From NCBI GenBank assembly GCA_965221955.1, contig CBDCTA010000029.1:64001-128000 (forward strand): a stretch of 64,000 bases of DNA. Direction: 5' to 3'. The position numbers and the translations under genes were made by a program. The stretch comes from Gammaproteobacteria bacterium. Its GTDB lineage: Bacteria; Pseudomonadota; Gammaproteobacteria; UBA4575. Below the pieces are notes generated by a model. It had not been told where the DNA came from. It did not search any database and worked only from the letters and a program-made list of their open reading frames with translations. Positions 9,352-20,622 of this stretch are shown piece after piece (within the stretch, counting starts at the first letter, position 1; each line of letters opens with the position of its first letter).

Positions 9352-9381
9352 AATGTTTGCTTGGGATCGTTAATAGGCAAT
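9352..9381 (-). repeat. Degenerate type-A palindromic site
   Basis: AATGTTTGCTTG-GGATCG-TTAATAGGCAAT; 21/30 identical by hand alignment to AATGTCCGCTTTGGGTCGTTAGCGGACATT; between the flavin reductase stop and the ppa start. Confidence 0.5.
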
Positions 9382-9405
9382 AGTTTTTCTATTCTTTTTA
9401 AGTAG

Positions 9406-9915
9406 TTACCCACCATAAAATACTTTCTCGCCCAAGTCTCCTAATACGAGAGTCTCTTCATCCGCACGACCTGATATTTCACGATTTAAACTTGCTTCAA
9501 TAACTTCTCCAATAAAAAGTGAATGATCACCTCGCTCGATAGAATCCACAAATTTACATTCAAGACATGCTGCAGCGTTATCAAAGATTGGCGCTCCAGA
9601 TGTGCCAATGGTAAATGGCTCACCGCCAATTGAGTTACCTTCACGCTCTAAAGTCTTAAAAAAAGTATATGCAAGATCTTGTTGTCCTTTGCCAAGAATA
9701 TTTAATGCAAATGTTTTAGTCTCTTTAACTATTTCATGAGCACCTGAATCAGTTTTAACACCAAGTGCAACTAATGGTGGTTCAAATGAAGCTTGAGTTA
9801 CCCAATTGATTGTTGCAGCCGCAATTTGGCCATCCTTTGATTCACTTGTAAGGATATATAATCCATATGGAATCATTCGTAGTGTGGTTTTCTTGATTTG
9901 TGCATCCATATTCAA
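9406..9915 (-). CDS. Flavin reductase-like (flavoredoxin) protein
   Basis: IPYGLYILT, WVTQASFEPPL, FALNIL, GDHSLFIGEV. Confidence 0.9.
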   Translation of the reverse strand: MNMDAQIKKTTLRMIPYGLYILTSESKDGQIAAATINWVTQASFEPPLVALGVKTDSGAHEIVKETKTFALNILGKGQQDLAYTFFKTLEREGNSIGGEPFTIGTSGAPIFDNAAACLECKFVDSIERGDHSLFIGEVIEASLNREISGRADEETLVLGDLGEKVFYGG

Positions 9916-10154
9916 TTACCTCTTATATTTTTATACAAACTTTATAAATTTTTTATAGAAACATTATTTGATTGATGTATCGAACTAGTTTAATCGAATT
10001 ATCAAATGAATATTTACTTTGGTTTATTTGTAGCCATTATGAATTTTTAAAACTGAAATTACCAATTGCTCTTCATAATTATTATAACAAGCTTAGCTTT
10101 AAACTATTCGAGCTATTCTTGACGCGATTCATATTCGCACGTTAAGCAGTCATC

Positions 10155-10892
10155 TTAATTACTCAATGTCCTGCCACCATCCACTGCGATAATTTGTCCA
10201 GTGATGTAGCCCGCTTTTTCAATTAAAAATAATGCGGTTTCTGCAATGTCTTTAGGGTGGCCTTCACGTTTTAAAGCCGTGCGTTCGATAATCGCTTGGT
10301 GCATGCCTTCATAATGTTGTTCTTCGGGCCACATGATGGCGCCGGGCGCGATACCATTTACACGAATTTCAGGTGCTAATTCACGTGCCATGGATTTAGT
10401 AAACATAATTAAACCCGCTTTGGCGATGCTGTAAACTGAATAATTTTTTAAAGGTCGATCACCGTGGATATCGACGATGTTAATAATGCAGCCTTTGTGT
10501 TGTTTTAAGTGTTCTGCTAAGGCCTGAGTTAGATATAAAGGGGCTTTGAGATTTACACCGACAAGGTCTTCCCAAATTTCTTCGCTTACATCTTTTAGAT
10601 CGTTTGGATAAAAAGAAGAGGCATTGTTAATCAGTACGTCGATGTGACCAAATGATGTGATGGCATCATTCATTAATCTAGGAATAGCGGAATAATCTTT
10701 TAAGTCTCCTTTAAGTAACTTAACGGAATCCGCACGTTTTGCGTTCAGTTGATCTGCAAGGGAGGTAGCATCTTGGCTGGAGCTGCGATAGTGTAGAACG
10801 ATATTCATGCCTGCTTGATGCAGGTGTCGAACCATTTCAGCACCTACGCGCCGTGCAGCACCGGTGATCAGGACTACTTTAGGTTTGCTCAT
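10155..10892 (-). CDS. folM: Pteridine reductase (FolM/PTR1-like SDR)
   Basis: TGAARRVG, NNASSF, YSIAK, ELAPEIRVNGIAPG; near folB/folK. Confidence 0.85.
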   Translation of the reverse strand: MSKPKVVLITGAARRVGAEMVRHLHQAGMNIVLHYRSSSQDATSLADQLNAKRADSVKLLKGDLKDYSAIPRLMNDAITSFGHIDVLINNASSFYPNDLKDVSEEIWEDLVGVNLKAPLYLTQALAEHLKQHKGCIINIVDIHGDRPLKNYSVYSIAKAGLIMFTKSMARELAPEIRVNGIAPGAIMWPEEQHYEGMHQAIIERTALKREGHPKDIAETALFLIEKAGYITGQIIAVDGGRTLSN

Positions 10893-10953
10893 TTATTTAT
10901 TGTCTCACCATAATATTTCTAAACTTTAACATACCTTTTTTAGTAGCAGCCCC

Positions 10954-12129
10954 ATGTCTAGTTCACAGCTCTCAAATTCAAATAATAATGCACAACAGCT
11001 TGCAACTCAGCGCTGTGCGCAAAGAATAAAAGAGGTCATTCAAAAGAAAGGTGATATCGGCTTTGATGAGTATATGTACATTGCGCTGTATGACCCGGAA
11101 GTAGGTTACTACCAACAGCAAGATGAGATATTTGGTAGTGAAGGCGACTTTACCACGGTGCCAGAGACCTCTGTGCATTTGGCTTATTGCTTAGCACACG
11201 CATGCGCAAAACTCATTCATGATGATGCAGAGCGAATAATATTAGAAGTGGGCGCAGGCAGTGGCAAGCTTGCGGTGGATATTTTGCACTATTTAGCAGC
11301 ATGGCAAATTTTGCCTCAGCGATATTACATTTATGAACCAAGTGCCACATTACGTGCAAAACAAATCAAGCAAGTAGAACAAGCGCTTCCCGATTACATG
11401 GAAAATGTTGTGTGGTTATCGGATCTATCCATTGAGCTTGATACCGTTATTATCATTGCTAATGAAGTATTGGATGCGCTGCCAGTTAAATGTTTTGAAG
11501 TACAGTCACAGAATATTAATGAAAGACGTGTAGGGCTAAATGACCAAGGTGGTTTTAGTTGGAGCTTAAAAAAACCATCTGAAACGCTGGATGCTGCATT
11601 TGATTATATTACCGTAATGCTGGATGAACCTCTGGCTGAAGGTTATCAAAGCGAGATCAATCTACAATATGAATCTACCTTGAAAGCTTGGGCGGATGCT
11701 TGTCAGCAGTGTGTAATGTTTTTAATTGATTATGGTTACCCTAGGCATGAGTACTATCACCCACAACGCAATATGGGCACCCTACGTAGTTATTTTAAAC
11801 ACCAAGTATCGGAAGATGTGTTGTGCAATCCAGGTATACAAGATATCACTGCAGATGTGGACTTTTCTGCGGTTGCAAAGATTGCGAGCTATTTGCAGCT
11901 AGGATTATTAGCTTTTAGCTCACAACGAAATTTCATGTTGGCAAATCATTTGCTCGAATGGCGGCCCAATGCAGATGATGAAGTGGAACGCCTGGCGCAG
12001 ATTGCACAGCTCAAACAGCTTACACTGGGCTCAGCAATAAGTGAACGTTTTCAAGTCATGGTGTTGGGTAAAGGTATCGACTATGGGGCAGACAAATTTA
12101 CGGTCCGGGACATGCGCGCACGACTATAA
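10954..12129 (+). CDS. SAM-dependent methyltransferase, MidA/NDUFAF7 family
   Basis: ALYDPEVGYY, GDFTT.PE, EVGAGSG, ANEVLDALP, IDYG, QDITADVDF. Confidence 0.9.
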   Translation: MSSSQLSNSNNNAQQLATQRCAQRIKEVIQKKGDIGFDEYMYIALYDPEVGYYQQQDEIFGSEGDFTTVPETSVHLAYCLAHACAKLIHDDAERIILEVGAGSGKLAVDILHYLAAWQILPQRYYIYEPSATLRAKQIKQVEQALPDYMENVVWLSDLSIELDTVIIIANEVLDALPVKCFEVQSQNINERRVGLNDQGGFSWSLKKPSETLDAAFDYITVMLDEPLAEGYQSEINLQYESTLKAWADACQQCVMFLIDYGYPRHEYYHPQRNMGTLRSYFKHQVSEDVLCNPGIQDITADVDFSAVAKIASYLQLGLLAFSSQRNFMLANHLLEWRPNADDEVERLAQIAQLKQLTLGSAISERFQVMVLGKGIDYGADKFTVRDMRARL

Positions 12130-12162
12130 CGAATAAAAAGAGATTTCATATATTTAAACATT

Positions 12163-12960
12163 ATGGATGCACTGCACGCATTTTTACTCGCTGTTATTCA
12201 GGGATTGACTGAGTTTTTGCCTATTTCAAGTTCAGCCCATCTGGTGTTATTGCCGATCATCATGCAATGGCAAGATCAAGGCGTGGTGGTGGATATTGCT
12301 GCTCATTTAGGAAGTTTGTTTGCAGTAGTATTTTATTTTCGTCACGATTTAAAGAGACTATTAAATAGTTGGCTACAGTCTGTTAGCTCAGGACATGAAA
12401 CTGATGATAGTAATTTAATTTGGTTGTTAGTTTGGGCAAGCTTGCCAATTTTTATTGTGGCATTAATTGTACAAGCTTATTTATTACCTTATATTCGTGA
12501 CGCAGTGGTTATAGGAATAGCCTCAATCGTATTCGCAATTTTACTTTGGTTTGCAGATAAGTACGGCAGTCAAACACGTGCCGATAAAGACCTAAAAGTC
12601 ATTGATGCAATTTTAATTGGTGTAGCTCAAGCGTTTGCCCTAATACCTGGTGCATCTCGTTCAGGTGTTACGATTACAGCGGGCTTGTGGTTAGGACTTA
12701 CACGTGTCGAAGCTGCACGGTTTTCTTTTTTATTAGCTATTCCCGCCATATTCGCAGCTTCTTTATATGGAGCTTATAGAGCTATGCAGCATGATTTTGT
12801 GATTCATTGGGCACTCACAATTGGCGTCATCGCATGTTCTGCAATTGTGGCCTTCTTATGCATAGACTGGTTTTTAAAAATGGTTGGTAAGATCGGCATG
12901 CTGCCCTTTGTGGTATACCGTATCTTGCTTGGAAGTGTGCTGTTAATTTTCTATTTATAA
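12163..12960 (+). CDS. uppP: Undecaprenyl-diphosphate phosphatase (BacA)
   Basis: QGLTEFLPISSSAH and ALIPGASRSGVT motifs. Confidence 0.96.
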   Translation: MDALHAFLLAVIQGLTEFLPISSSAHLVLLPIIMQWQDQGVVVDIAAHLGSLFAVVFYFRHDLKRLLNSWLQSVSSGHETDDSNLIWLLVWASLPIFIVALIVQAYLLPYIRDAVVIGIASIVFAILLWFADKYGSQTRADKDLKVIDAILIGVAQAFALIPGASRSGVTITAGLWLGLTRVEAARFSFLLAIPAIFAASLYGAYRAMQHDFVIHWALTIGVIACSAIVAFLCIDWFLKMVGKIGMLPFVVYRILLGSVLLIFYL

Positions 12961-12962
12961 AT

Positions 12963-14117
12963 TCATTTTCTGTTTTTTATTAATTTATTAAGCATATCAA
13001 GCTGTGCTTGTTGAATGTTGTGTGTTAGTTCTTCCGCGCTTACCTTTTCACGAATCCAGGTATCGATGCTTACATTCTCAACCTCCATCGCAATTGTTTG
13101 CAACCATTTTTTTTGCTCATATGATGTATTATTTTTTGCGCATGTATAAATGGTTTCGCAAATATCTAATAAAACGATAAAGCGCTCTGGGTTTCTTCGT
13201 GCATCTAATCTGCGTATTAGTTGCAGTAATTCTTCAGCATTTAATTGCAAAGCATTATGGCAGTCATGCTGTAAAGAAATGAGAAGTGTAATGAGTTTCT
13301 TACATATGTTCGGGAGTGGAAACTCAGTTGTGAAATTTTTAATGTTTTCATGGTTATTGTGGTCGTGAAAATGTAAGCCGCCAATAAAGCTTGCAAAACG
13401 AATATTTGCGTCAGAGTATTTTTTTGTTATGGCTGCTAACACTGTATGCCCAAGAGAACTGCTTTTGGGTGTCGAGAGTGGGGGATAAATTTGTGGAAAT
13501 ACCTGAGCTAATGCGCTTGTCTCTTTTAATACTAGAAAAAATTCTCCTGGAGAATCAGTTTCTAAAGCTTTAGTCGTTTCTTGCCATACTCGTTCTAGAG
13601 AAAGTTCTTTGAGTTCATTGGACGCTACGATTTGACGCATCAGAGACGAAGTCTCTTTATGAACAGTAAAACCTAATGAATGATATTTTGCGGCAAAGCG
13701 TGCTACACGCAATACCCGTAATGGGTCTTCAGAAAACGCATTGGAAACATGGCGTAGTATTTTTTTCTCTAAATCTTGTTGACCGCCATAAGGGTCTATA
13801 ATTTCACCACTTTCATTTTGTGCGATTGCATTAATGGTTAAATCACGACGTAATAAATCTTCTTCCAAGGTGACATCAGGAGACGTGTAAAAGTTAAAAC
13901 CTTGGTGCCCGCGTCCTTGCTTTTTTTCAGTCCGGGCGAGTGCGTACTCTTCTTTACTTTGTGGATGTAAAAAAACAGGAAAATCTTTCCCCACCGCTTT
14001 GAAGCCTTGAGATTGCATTTCTTCAGGGCTAGCACCCACCACTACCCAATCACGTTCGGTTACGGGCAGACCTAAAAGTTCATCGCGGACTGCACCACCG
14101 ACTAGATAAACTTCCAT
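12963..14117 (-). CDS. cca: tRNA CCA-adding nucleotidyltransferase
   Basis: VGGAVRD, ERDWVV, DLLRRDLTINA, EDPLRVLR. Confidence 0.95.
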   Translation of the reverse strand: MEVYLVGGAVRDELLGLPVTERDWVVVGASPEEMQSQGFKAVGKDFPVFLHPQSKEEYALARTEKKQGRGHQGFNFYTSPDVTLEEDLLRRDLTINAIAQNESGEIIDPYGGQQDLEKKILRHVSNAFSEDPLRVLRVARFAAKYHSLGFTVHKETSSLMRQIVASNELKELSLERVWQETTKALETDSPGEFFLVLKETSALAQVFPQIYPPLSTPKSSSLGHTVLAAITKKYSDANIRFASFIGGLHFHDHNNHENIKNFTTEFPLPNICKKLITLLISLQHDCHNALQLNAEELLQLIRRLDARRNPERFIVLLDICETIYTCAKNNTSYEQKKWLQTIAMEVENVSIDTWIREKVSAEELTHNIQQAQLDMLNKLIKNRK

Positions 14118-14150
14118 TGCTAGAACTGATGAGTGTGATAACGTAAAAAC

Positions 14151-15209
14151 ATGCTAGGAATTATAGGTCGATTATTTGTGCTTGGATGGCTTTTAATCAG
14201 CTTTTCAGGTTGTACTACAGTTGGTTATTACCATCAGTCTATTTTTGGGCATCTTAAACTAATCTCAAAACGTGAACCTATAATTGATATCGTAAACGAT
14301 TCAACGCGTGACGAGAAATTAATTGCACAGTTGCGCTTAGCACAAGAATTGCGATTATTTGCAACGCATGAGCTAAAGCTACCTGAGAATGACAGTTACC
14401 GCAGTTACGTTCAGTTAGATCATCCATATGTTACGTGGAATGTGTTTGCGGCACCCGAGTTTTCAACCGCATTACAGCAGTGGTGTTTTTTAGTGGTTGG
14501 TTGTGTGCCTTATCGTGGCTATTTTGATCAGGCAGATGCACACCATTATGCAGATCGGTTATCTAAGCGAGGTTTGGACGTCTATGTTGCAGGAGTGCCT
14601 GCATATTCCACTCTTGGTTGGTTTGATGATCCATTATTAAGCAGCATGATAGATCGTGGTGAGATTGTTACGGCTGCGTATATATTTCATGAATTAGCAC
14701 ATCAACAATATTATCTCAAAGGAGACGGTGCATTTAATGAGGCTTTTGCAACCGCAGTGGAAGAAATCGGTGTGTTGCGATGGCTAGAGCAGCAAAATCG
14801 TAGAGATGATGCAGAGAATTATGAGGATTGGTTAGCACAAAAAACACTCTTTTCAGCTTTTATTAAAAGCAGTCGAGATGAATTTGATGCTTTATATCAA
14901 CAAGAACATTCTCTTGAAAAAATGCAAGTTGAAAAGCAAATACTGATCGCTGAAATGCGAAGAAAGTTTGAAGATTTGAGTCTAGAAAATAAACATATTG
15001 CTAGATATTCAAAATGGATGTCTGGGCCATTAAATAATGCTCAACTCGGTGCTATTTCTTTATATCGTGAATTAGTGCCTGCTTTTCGAAATATATTTAT
15101 TTCATGTGGAAACGATTTTGAAAAATTTTATGCACGTGTACAAAATATTGCAAAAATGTCGGAGGAGAAACGAGTCGAGATACTTCAATCTGAAGATAAA
15201 TGTGCTTGA
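14151..15209 (+). CDS. Putative zinc aminopeptidase (probable lipoprotein)
   Basis: FSGC lipobox-like end of signal peptide, WCFLVVGCVPYRGYF, AYSTLGWFDDP, HELAH...FNEAFA. Confidence 0.85.
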   Translation: MLGIIGRLFVLGWLLISFSGCTTVGYYHQSIFGHLKLISKREPIIDIVNDSTRDEKLIAQLRLAQELRLFATHELKLPENDSYRSYVQLDHPYVTWNVFAAPEFSTALQQWCFLVVGCVPYRGYFDQADAHHYADRLSKRGLDVYVAGVPAYSTLGWFDDPLLSSMIDRGEIVTAAYIFHELAHQQYYLKGDGAFNEAFATAVEEIGVLRWLEQQNRRDDAENYEDWLAQKTLFSAFIKSSRDEFDALYQQEHSLEKMQVEKQILIAEMRRKFEDLSLENKHIARYSKWMSGPLNNAQLGAISLYRELVPAFRNIFISCGNDFEKFYARVQNIAKMSEEKRVEILQSEDKCA

Positions 15210-15230
15210 TTCGCCGCTATTGGTTTGTAT

Positions 15231-16172
15231 CTAACGTTTGGCGCGAAAATGCTCCATGTGTTTATAATGAGGATTACTAGTTAAATAATTTGGAACAACT
15301 GCTTCTAAACGGGTGGTGCAGTTTTCATTTTCGTTACTACATATGCTGTCTTGTTGCAGTGAAAGATAATTATCAATTGAAAAAGGTTTGCCAGGTACGA
15401 ATTCGAAAATATTGGCTTGCAACTTAGATGCCCAATTCGGCAGACTAATAATAATTCGATGGTGGCCACTCATAGTCGCTACATATTGGACCAGTTGTTT
15501 AAGGCTGTATTGCTTAGGTCCACATAAATTAATTCTTTGGTCGAAACTGTTGGGGTCATTCAGACTATTCACCATGACTTGAACGACATCACCGACAAAT
15601 ACCGGTGCAAATTTTGTTTTCGCGCAAGCAAGGGGTAGAAAACCTGGTGTAAATTTTAGCACTGAAGCGAAGCGATTTATGAATGAATCTTCAGGACCAA
15701 AAATCACCGAAGGCCTAAAACTGGTTACGGCAATCTTATTGGCTGCAAAAGTGTGTACATAATTCTCGGCTTCACCCTTAGTGCGAAGATAAAAGCTTTT
15801 TACATCGGGGCTGGCATTTAACGCACTCATGTGCAGCAATCTATTCACTTTACAGCTGGAACACATGGTAATGACTTTGCGAGCTAGCTCTACATGCGCA
15901 ATATGAAAGCCACTGCCATCATGGCCTTTCTCATTCAGAATGCCTACGAGGTTGATCACCGCGTCGCAATCTTGAAAATGCCGCTTAAGTTGAGCTTCGT
16001 TATGAATATCTGCTTGGATGAGTTGCAAGCTTGGCAACACTAATAAGTTACGATGTTTTTCACGCTGCCGAGTAAGTACTTTTATTTGGTACCCACGCTC
16101 AACCAATTCGGCACATAGATGGCTTCCTACAAAACCGGTGCCACCGAGTACACATATTGTTAGTTTCTTCAT
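15231..16172 (-). CDS. NDUFA9-like NAD(P)-dependent epimerase/dehydratase (atypical SDR)
   Basis: GGTGFVG, VINLVGILNE, HMSALNA, YLRTKGEAE, RPSVIFG. Confidence 0.88.
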   Translation of the reverse strand: MKKLTICVLGGTGFVGSHLCAELVERGYQIKVLTRQREKHRNLLVLPSLQLIQADIHNEAQLKRHFQDCDAVINLVGILNEKGHDGSGFHIAHVELARKVITMCSSCKVNRLLHMSALNASPDVKSFYLRTKGEAENYVHTFAANKIAVTSFRPSVIFGPEDSFINRFASVLKFTPGFLPLACAKTKFAPVFVGDVVQVMVNSLNDPNSFDQRINLCGPKQYSLKQLVQYVATMSGHHRIIISLPNWASKLQANIFEFVPGKPFSIDNYLSLQQDSICSNENENCTTRLEAVVPNYLTSNPHYKHMEHFRAKR

Positions 16173-16523
16173 CAGCAGGAATTAATTAGCTTATTCGCGT
16201 GAATTATGAATAAGCTACCAGGCTTTTGATAGCCTAATCTCTAAGGTGTCAAAAATTTGCCTGAGATAGGAGTGGCACCAAATCGGAAAGGAATTCACGC
16301 TGAAATATAGGCTAAAAAATCACCAATTATGGTGACGTCATTATTCAAATTACTACATTTATCGGCAAATTTAGCCATATTTAGCCTGTTAGCCAGTAAA
16401 TACTTGTAATCATATAAAGAATGCATAAAAATACAGCTATCTACTTTTGATCCCCTTGAGAGCATCATTTCAGGTGTTCGATTTCAAAAACAACACTTTA
16501 TTTATCGATTGGAGTTTTAATAA

Positions 16524-16850
16524 GTGAGCGAAAGTATTTGTCACGTTACTGATGACAGTTTTGAAGAAGAAGTATTAAATAGCGAGCAACCTGTATTAGT
16601 TGATTATTGGGCAGAATGGTGTGGCCCATGCAAAATGATAGCTCCGCTTTTGGATGAAATTGCTGGTGACTATGAAGGTAAGTTAAAAATCACCAAGCTG
16701 AATATCGATGAAAATCCAAACACACCACCTAAGTATGGTATTCGTGGAATACCCACACTCATGATTTTCAAAAATGGTAATGCCGAAGCGACAAAAGTCG
16801 GGGCGTTATCTAAATCGCAATTAACGGCTTTTATTGATCAAAGTATTTAA
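16524..16850 (+). CDS. trxA: Thioredoxin 1
   Basis: WCGPC active site; upstream of rho; GTG start with GGAG RBS. Confidence 0.97.
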   Translation: MSESICHVTDDSFEEEVLNSEQPVLVDYWAEWCGPCKMIAPLLDEIAGDYEGKLKITKLNIDENPNTPPKYGIRGIPTLMIFKNGNAEATKVGALSKSQLTAFIDQSI

Positions 16851-17093
16851 CAAGAAACCAACCTTTATATCCACATTTACTAATTACATAAATAAATAAT
16901 TTTACCGACCGCATCTAAAAATAATTCAGATTTTAACTAGAAATTAGCCCAGAAATTATTCTGGCAACTGCTAGATAATTAACCAGCTATTTTTTAATTA
17001 TAAATAACGCTTCACGCGTTGATCTTACATGCTTTGCAGGACTGCACTGCAGTAAAACACATATATCTTTTGTTTATTTAACTAAAACATTTT

Positions 17094-18356
17094 ATGGCTA
17101 TGAATTTAACAGAACTAAAGAAAAAACCGGCATCAGAGTTAATTGATATTGCTGCGGACATGAAGATAGACAATCTATCTCGTTCACGTAAGCAAGATAT
17201 CATCTTTGCAATTCTTAAGGCGCATGCAAAAAATGGCGAAGACATCCTAGGTGATGGGGTATTAGAAATTCTGCAAGATGGGTTTGGTTTTTTACGTTCT
17301 TCAGATTGTTCATACCTTGCCGGACCTGATGATATTTATGTATCACCAAGTCAAATTCGTCGCTTTGGTTTACGTACAGGAGATACCGTTTCGGGGAAAA
17401 TACGTCCACCAAAAGATAGTGAACGTTACTTTGCCATGCTCAAAGTTGACAAGATTAACTTTGATAAACCTGAAAACGCTAAACGTAAAATCCTATTTGA
17501 AAATTTAACACCTTTGCATCCAGATGAGCGTCTAAAGCTTGAGCGAGGTAATGGTAGTACTGAAGATATTACGGCACGTATTATTGACATCTGCGCTCCA
17601 ATTGGAAAGGGGCAGCGTGGTTTGATCGTATCACCTCCCAAAGCCGGTAAAACACTAATGCTGCAAAACATTGCGCAAAGCATCACTTCCAATCAGCCAG
17701 AGTGTTTTTTAATTGTATTGTTAATTGATGAAAGACCAGAAGAAGTCACAGAGATGTCGCGCATGGTGCAAGGTGAGGTGGTTTCCAGTACTTTTGATGA
17801 GCCTGCCAGCCGTCATGTCCAAGTCGCGGAAATGGTGATCGAAAAAGCCAAACGTCTTGTTGAACATAAAAAAGATGTTGTAATTTTATTAGATTCGATT
17901 ACGCGCTTAGCGCGTGCTTATAACACCGTAGTACCTGCTTCGGGCAAAGTCTTAACCGGTGGTGTGGATGCCAATGCTTTACAACGACCTAAACGCTTCT
18001 TTGGTGCAGCACGTAATGTTGAAGAAGGTGGCAGTCTTACCATAATTGCAACCGCACTGGTTGAAACTGGATCCAAGATGGACGAAGTCATTTACGAAGA
18101 ATTTAAAGGTACTGGTAATATGGAAATCCATATGGACCGTCGTATTGCTGAAAAACGTGTATTCCCTGCAATAAATATCAATCGTTCTGGAACACGTAGG
18201 GAAGAATTAATTACGGATCAAGAAGAACTTGCAAAGATTTGGGTGCTGCGTAAGTTTTTGCACCCAATGGATGAAATAGAGGCCATGGATTTCATGTTGG
18301 GGCGTATGCAAACTACAAAAACTAATGATGAGTTTTTTGATGCAATGAAAAGATAG
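17094..18356 (+). CDS. rho: Transcription termination factor Rho
   Basis: [34 protein letters not shown]. Confidence 0.99.
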   Translation: MAMNLTELKKKPASELIDIAADMKIDNLSRSRKQDIIFAILKAHAKNGEDILGDGVLEILQDGFGFLRSSDCSYLAGPDDIYVSPSQIRRFGLRTGDTVSGKIRPPKDSERYFAMLKVDKINFDKPENAKRKILFENLTPLHPDERLKLERGNGSTEDITARIIDICAPIGKGQRGLIVSPPKAGKTLMLQNIAQSITSNQPECFLIVLLIDERPEEVTEMSRMVQGEVVSSTFDEPASRHVQVAEMVIEKAKRLVEHKKDVVILLDSITRLARAYNTVVPASGKVLTGGVDANALQRPKRFFGAARNVEEGGSLTIIATALVETGSKMDEVIYEEFKGTGNMEIHMDRRIAEKRVFPAININRSGTRREELITDQEELAKIWVLRKFLHPMDEIEAMDFMLGRMQTTKTNDEFFDAMKR

Positions 18357-18408
18357 TTAAGCTGGTTAGAAAAACATATAGGATCTAACTAACTTTAAAA
18401 AACTTAGC

Positions 18409-18999
18409 TTAATTTTTATTTTCTAATACTTGAAATACTCGATCGATTGAATCGTTAATCGTATTTTTACTGGATTGTAGTTGCGCCAATACTCGATGAC
18501 CAAAAAGCAGCGTCATCAAAAAGCGCGCTAATTGAACGGGATCTTCATCGCAAACAATTTCATTATTTTCCTGAGCTTTCACCAGCAATATATACATCTG
18601 CGATTCAATTTCTTGCAGTTTTAACTGGATATAATAGCGCAGCTCTTTTTCTTCAGCTGGAATTTCAAATACCCCGTAGATTAAAAGACAATGCGCATCG
18701 AGACTTCGATTTGTAATTGCATTTCCTACTAATGTAAAAAAGTCTTTTAATGCAGCTAAGCTGGAGTCGTTTTGTTTTGCACATTCATCTAACACACTAA
18801 TCTGGCGTTTAGTGTAATGTTCTATAACTTCGGTATACAGCCCCGTCTTATTTGAAAACGCAGAATAAATACTTCCAGGTTGTAATCCAGTTGCTTTAGT
18901 AATGTCTTTAATTGTTGTGCGTTGAAACCCATTGCGCAAAAAAACTTCTGAAGCTTTGTCTAACACATCACTTCTTTCGAATGCAGGTTGCCTCCCCAT
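18409..18999 (-). CDS. TetR/AcrR-family regulator
   Basis: N-terminal MGRQPAF...GFQRTTIKDITKATGLQPGSIYSAF HTH. Confidence 0.9.
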   Translation of the reverse strand: MGRQPAFERSDVLDKASEVFLRNGFQRTTIKDITKATGLQPGSIYSAFSNKTGLYTEVIEHYTKRQISVLDECAKQNDSSLAALKDFFTLVGNAITNRSLDAHCLLIYGVFEIPAEEKELRYYIQLKLQEIESQMYILLVKAQENNEIVCDEDPVQLARFLMTLLFGHRVLAQLQSSKNTINDSIDRVFQVLENKN

Positions 19000-19346
19000 A
19001 GCAAAATGTCCTTAAGTTATTATTACATTCTTAAAAACTTGTTTTGTTCATTAAAAAATTAATGAGCGTACAATCAATTATTAAGCGAAATATGTGTATA
19101 TGTAGATATTGTTAATCTTAATATAAGTTATTTCCTCTTACTGTCAATCGAAATAAAGTTTGATTTCAATAAACTCGTGAAATACATACGAATTAAAATC
19201 TAAGAACTGAAAAAACAAGTAGATAAATACAACAAATTTGAATTCAAGAATTTGTTTTACAAAAATTTACATTAATTATGGATAAGAATCTTTAATGATG
19301 TGTATGAAAATTGAGTAAATATACTTGAGCGATTGTTCAAATATTT

Positions 19347-20618
19347 TTAAATTGCTTTGGATCCTATATCTTTACGATAAAACATATTGGGCCAAGATAT
19401 ATGTTTTACTAAATCGTATGCAGAATGTTGAGCACTTACAATGTCATGGCCTAGAGCGGTTGCACATAACACCCGTCCACCATTTGTTACAATGTTACCG
19501 TCCACTATTTTTGTCCCCGCATGAAAAACTTTTTGTGTATCAGTGTCAATTTTTTCTAAGCCTTGTATCACTAGACCTTTCTCGTAGCTTTCAGGATAAC
19601 CGCCTGCAGCTATTACTACGCCAACTGCAACACGTGGATCCCACTCAATAAAATGTTGGTTTAATTGTTTATTTGCGCCCGCTAAACATAATTCAGCCAA
19701 ATCAGATTGCATGCGCATTAAAATAGGTTGTGTTTCAGGATCGCCAAAGCGGCAATTAAATTCCAACACATAAGGATTGTTATTTTTATCAATCATTATG
19801 CCCGCATATAAAAAACCAACAAAAGGTGTGCCTTGATTTGCAAAACCTTTCACGACGGGATGGATCACTTGCTGAAGAATTTTTTCATGCATAGTTTCGT
19901 TAACAATTGGCGCAGGTGAGTAAGCACCCATGCCACCCGTATTGGGTCCAGTATCGCCTTCATCACGTGCTTTGTGATCTTGTGAACTAGCCAAAGCTAA
20001 GATGTGTTCTCCATCCACCATACAGATAAAACTCGCTTCTTCACCTTGAATGAATTCTTCTACGACTATGCGGTGACCGGCATCTCCAAAACTTGATCCA
20101 CTCAGCATGTGTTTGGCGCATTGCAGAGCGTCTTGTTTGTGTTTAGCAATGACAACACCTTTACCTGCTGCTAAGCCATCTGCCTTGATTACAATTGGAA
20201 ACGATTGGGATGAAATATAATTTTCAGCTTCTGAATAATCGGTAAATACTGCATAGTCGCCAGTAGGAATACTTTGTTGCTGCATAAATTTTTTGGCGAA
20301 AGCTTTCGAGCCTTCTAATTGAGCCGTTGTTGCAGACGGTCCAAATATTGTCAGTGAGTCTTTTTGAAACTCATCAACGATACCTGCAACTAAGGGTGCT
20401 TCAGGTCCAACAATGGTTAAATCAATATTTTCTTGCAGGGCAAAGTTTTTTAGAGCTGCAATATCTTCAGCATCTATTGCGATATTTTCTGTTTTTGGTT
20501 CAGTAGCTGTACCTGCATTCCCAGGGGCGACAAATACTTTTGATACTTTGTTGGATTGTGCAATCTTCCATGCAAGTGCGTGTTCGCGGCCACCACCGCC
20601 GACAATTAATACTTTCAT
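19347..20618 (-). CDS. purD: Phosphoribosylamine-glycine ligase
   Basis: GGGGREHALAW, KADGLAAGKGV, GPNTGGMG, RFGDPETQ. Confidence 0.98.
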   Translation of the reverse strand: MKVLIVGGGGREHALAWKIAQSNKVSKVFVAPGNAGTATEPKTENIAIDAEDIAALKNFALQENIDLTIVGPEAPLVAGIVDEFQKDSLTIFGPSATTAQLEGSKAFAKKFMQQQSIPTGDYAVFTDYSEAENYISSQSFPIVIKADGLAAGKGVVIAKHKQDALQCAKHMLSGSSFGDAGHRIVVEEFIQGEEASFICMVDGEHILALASSQDHKARDEGDTGPNTGGMGAYSPAPIVNETMHEKILQQVIHPVVKGFANQGTPFVGFLYAGIMIDKNNNPYVLEFNCRFGDPETQPILMRMQSDLAELCLAGANKQLNQHFIEWDPRVAVGVVIAAGGYPESYEKGLVIQGLEKIDTDTQKVFHAGTKIVDGNIVTNGGRVLCATALGHDIVSAQHSAYDLVKHISWPNMFYRKDIGSKAI

Positions 20619-20622
20619 TTTA

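Noticed and set aside
19000-19345. Very AT-rich intergenic region as a possible origin or foreign DNA
   Set aside because: No DnaA-box cluster, iterons or 30-bp cassette sites were seen; most simply the TetR promoter region.
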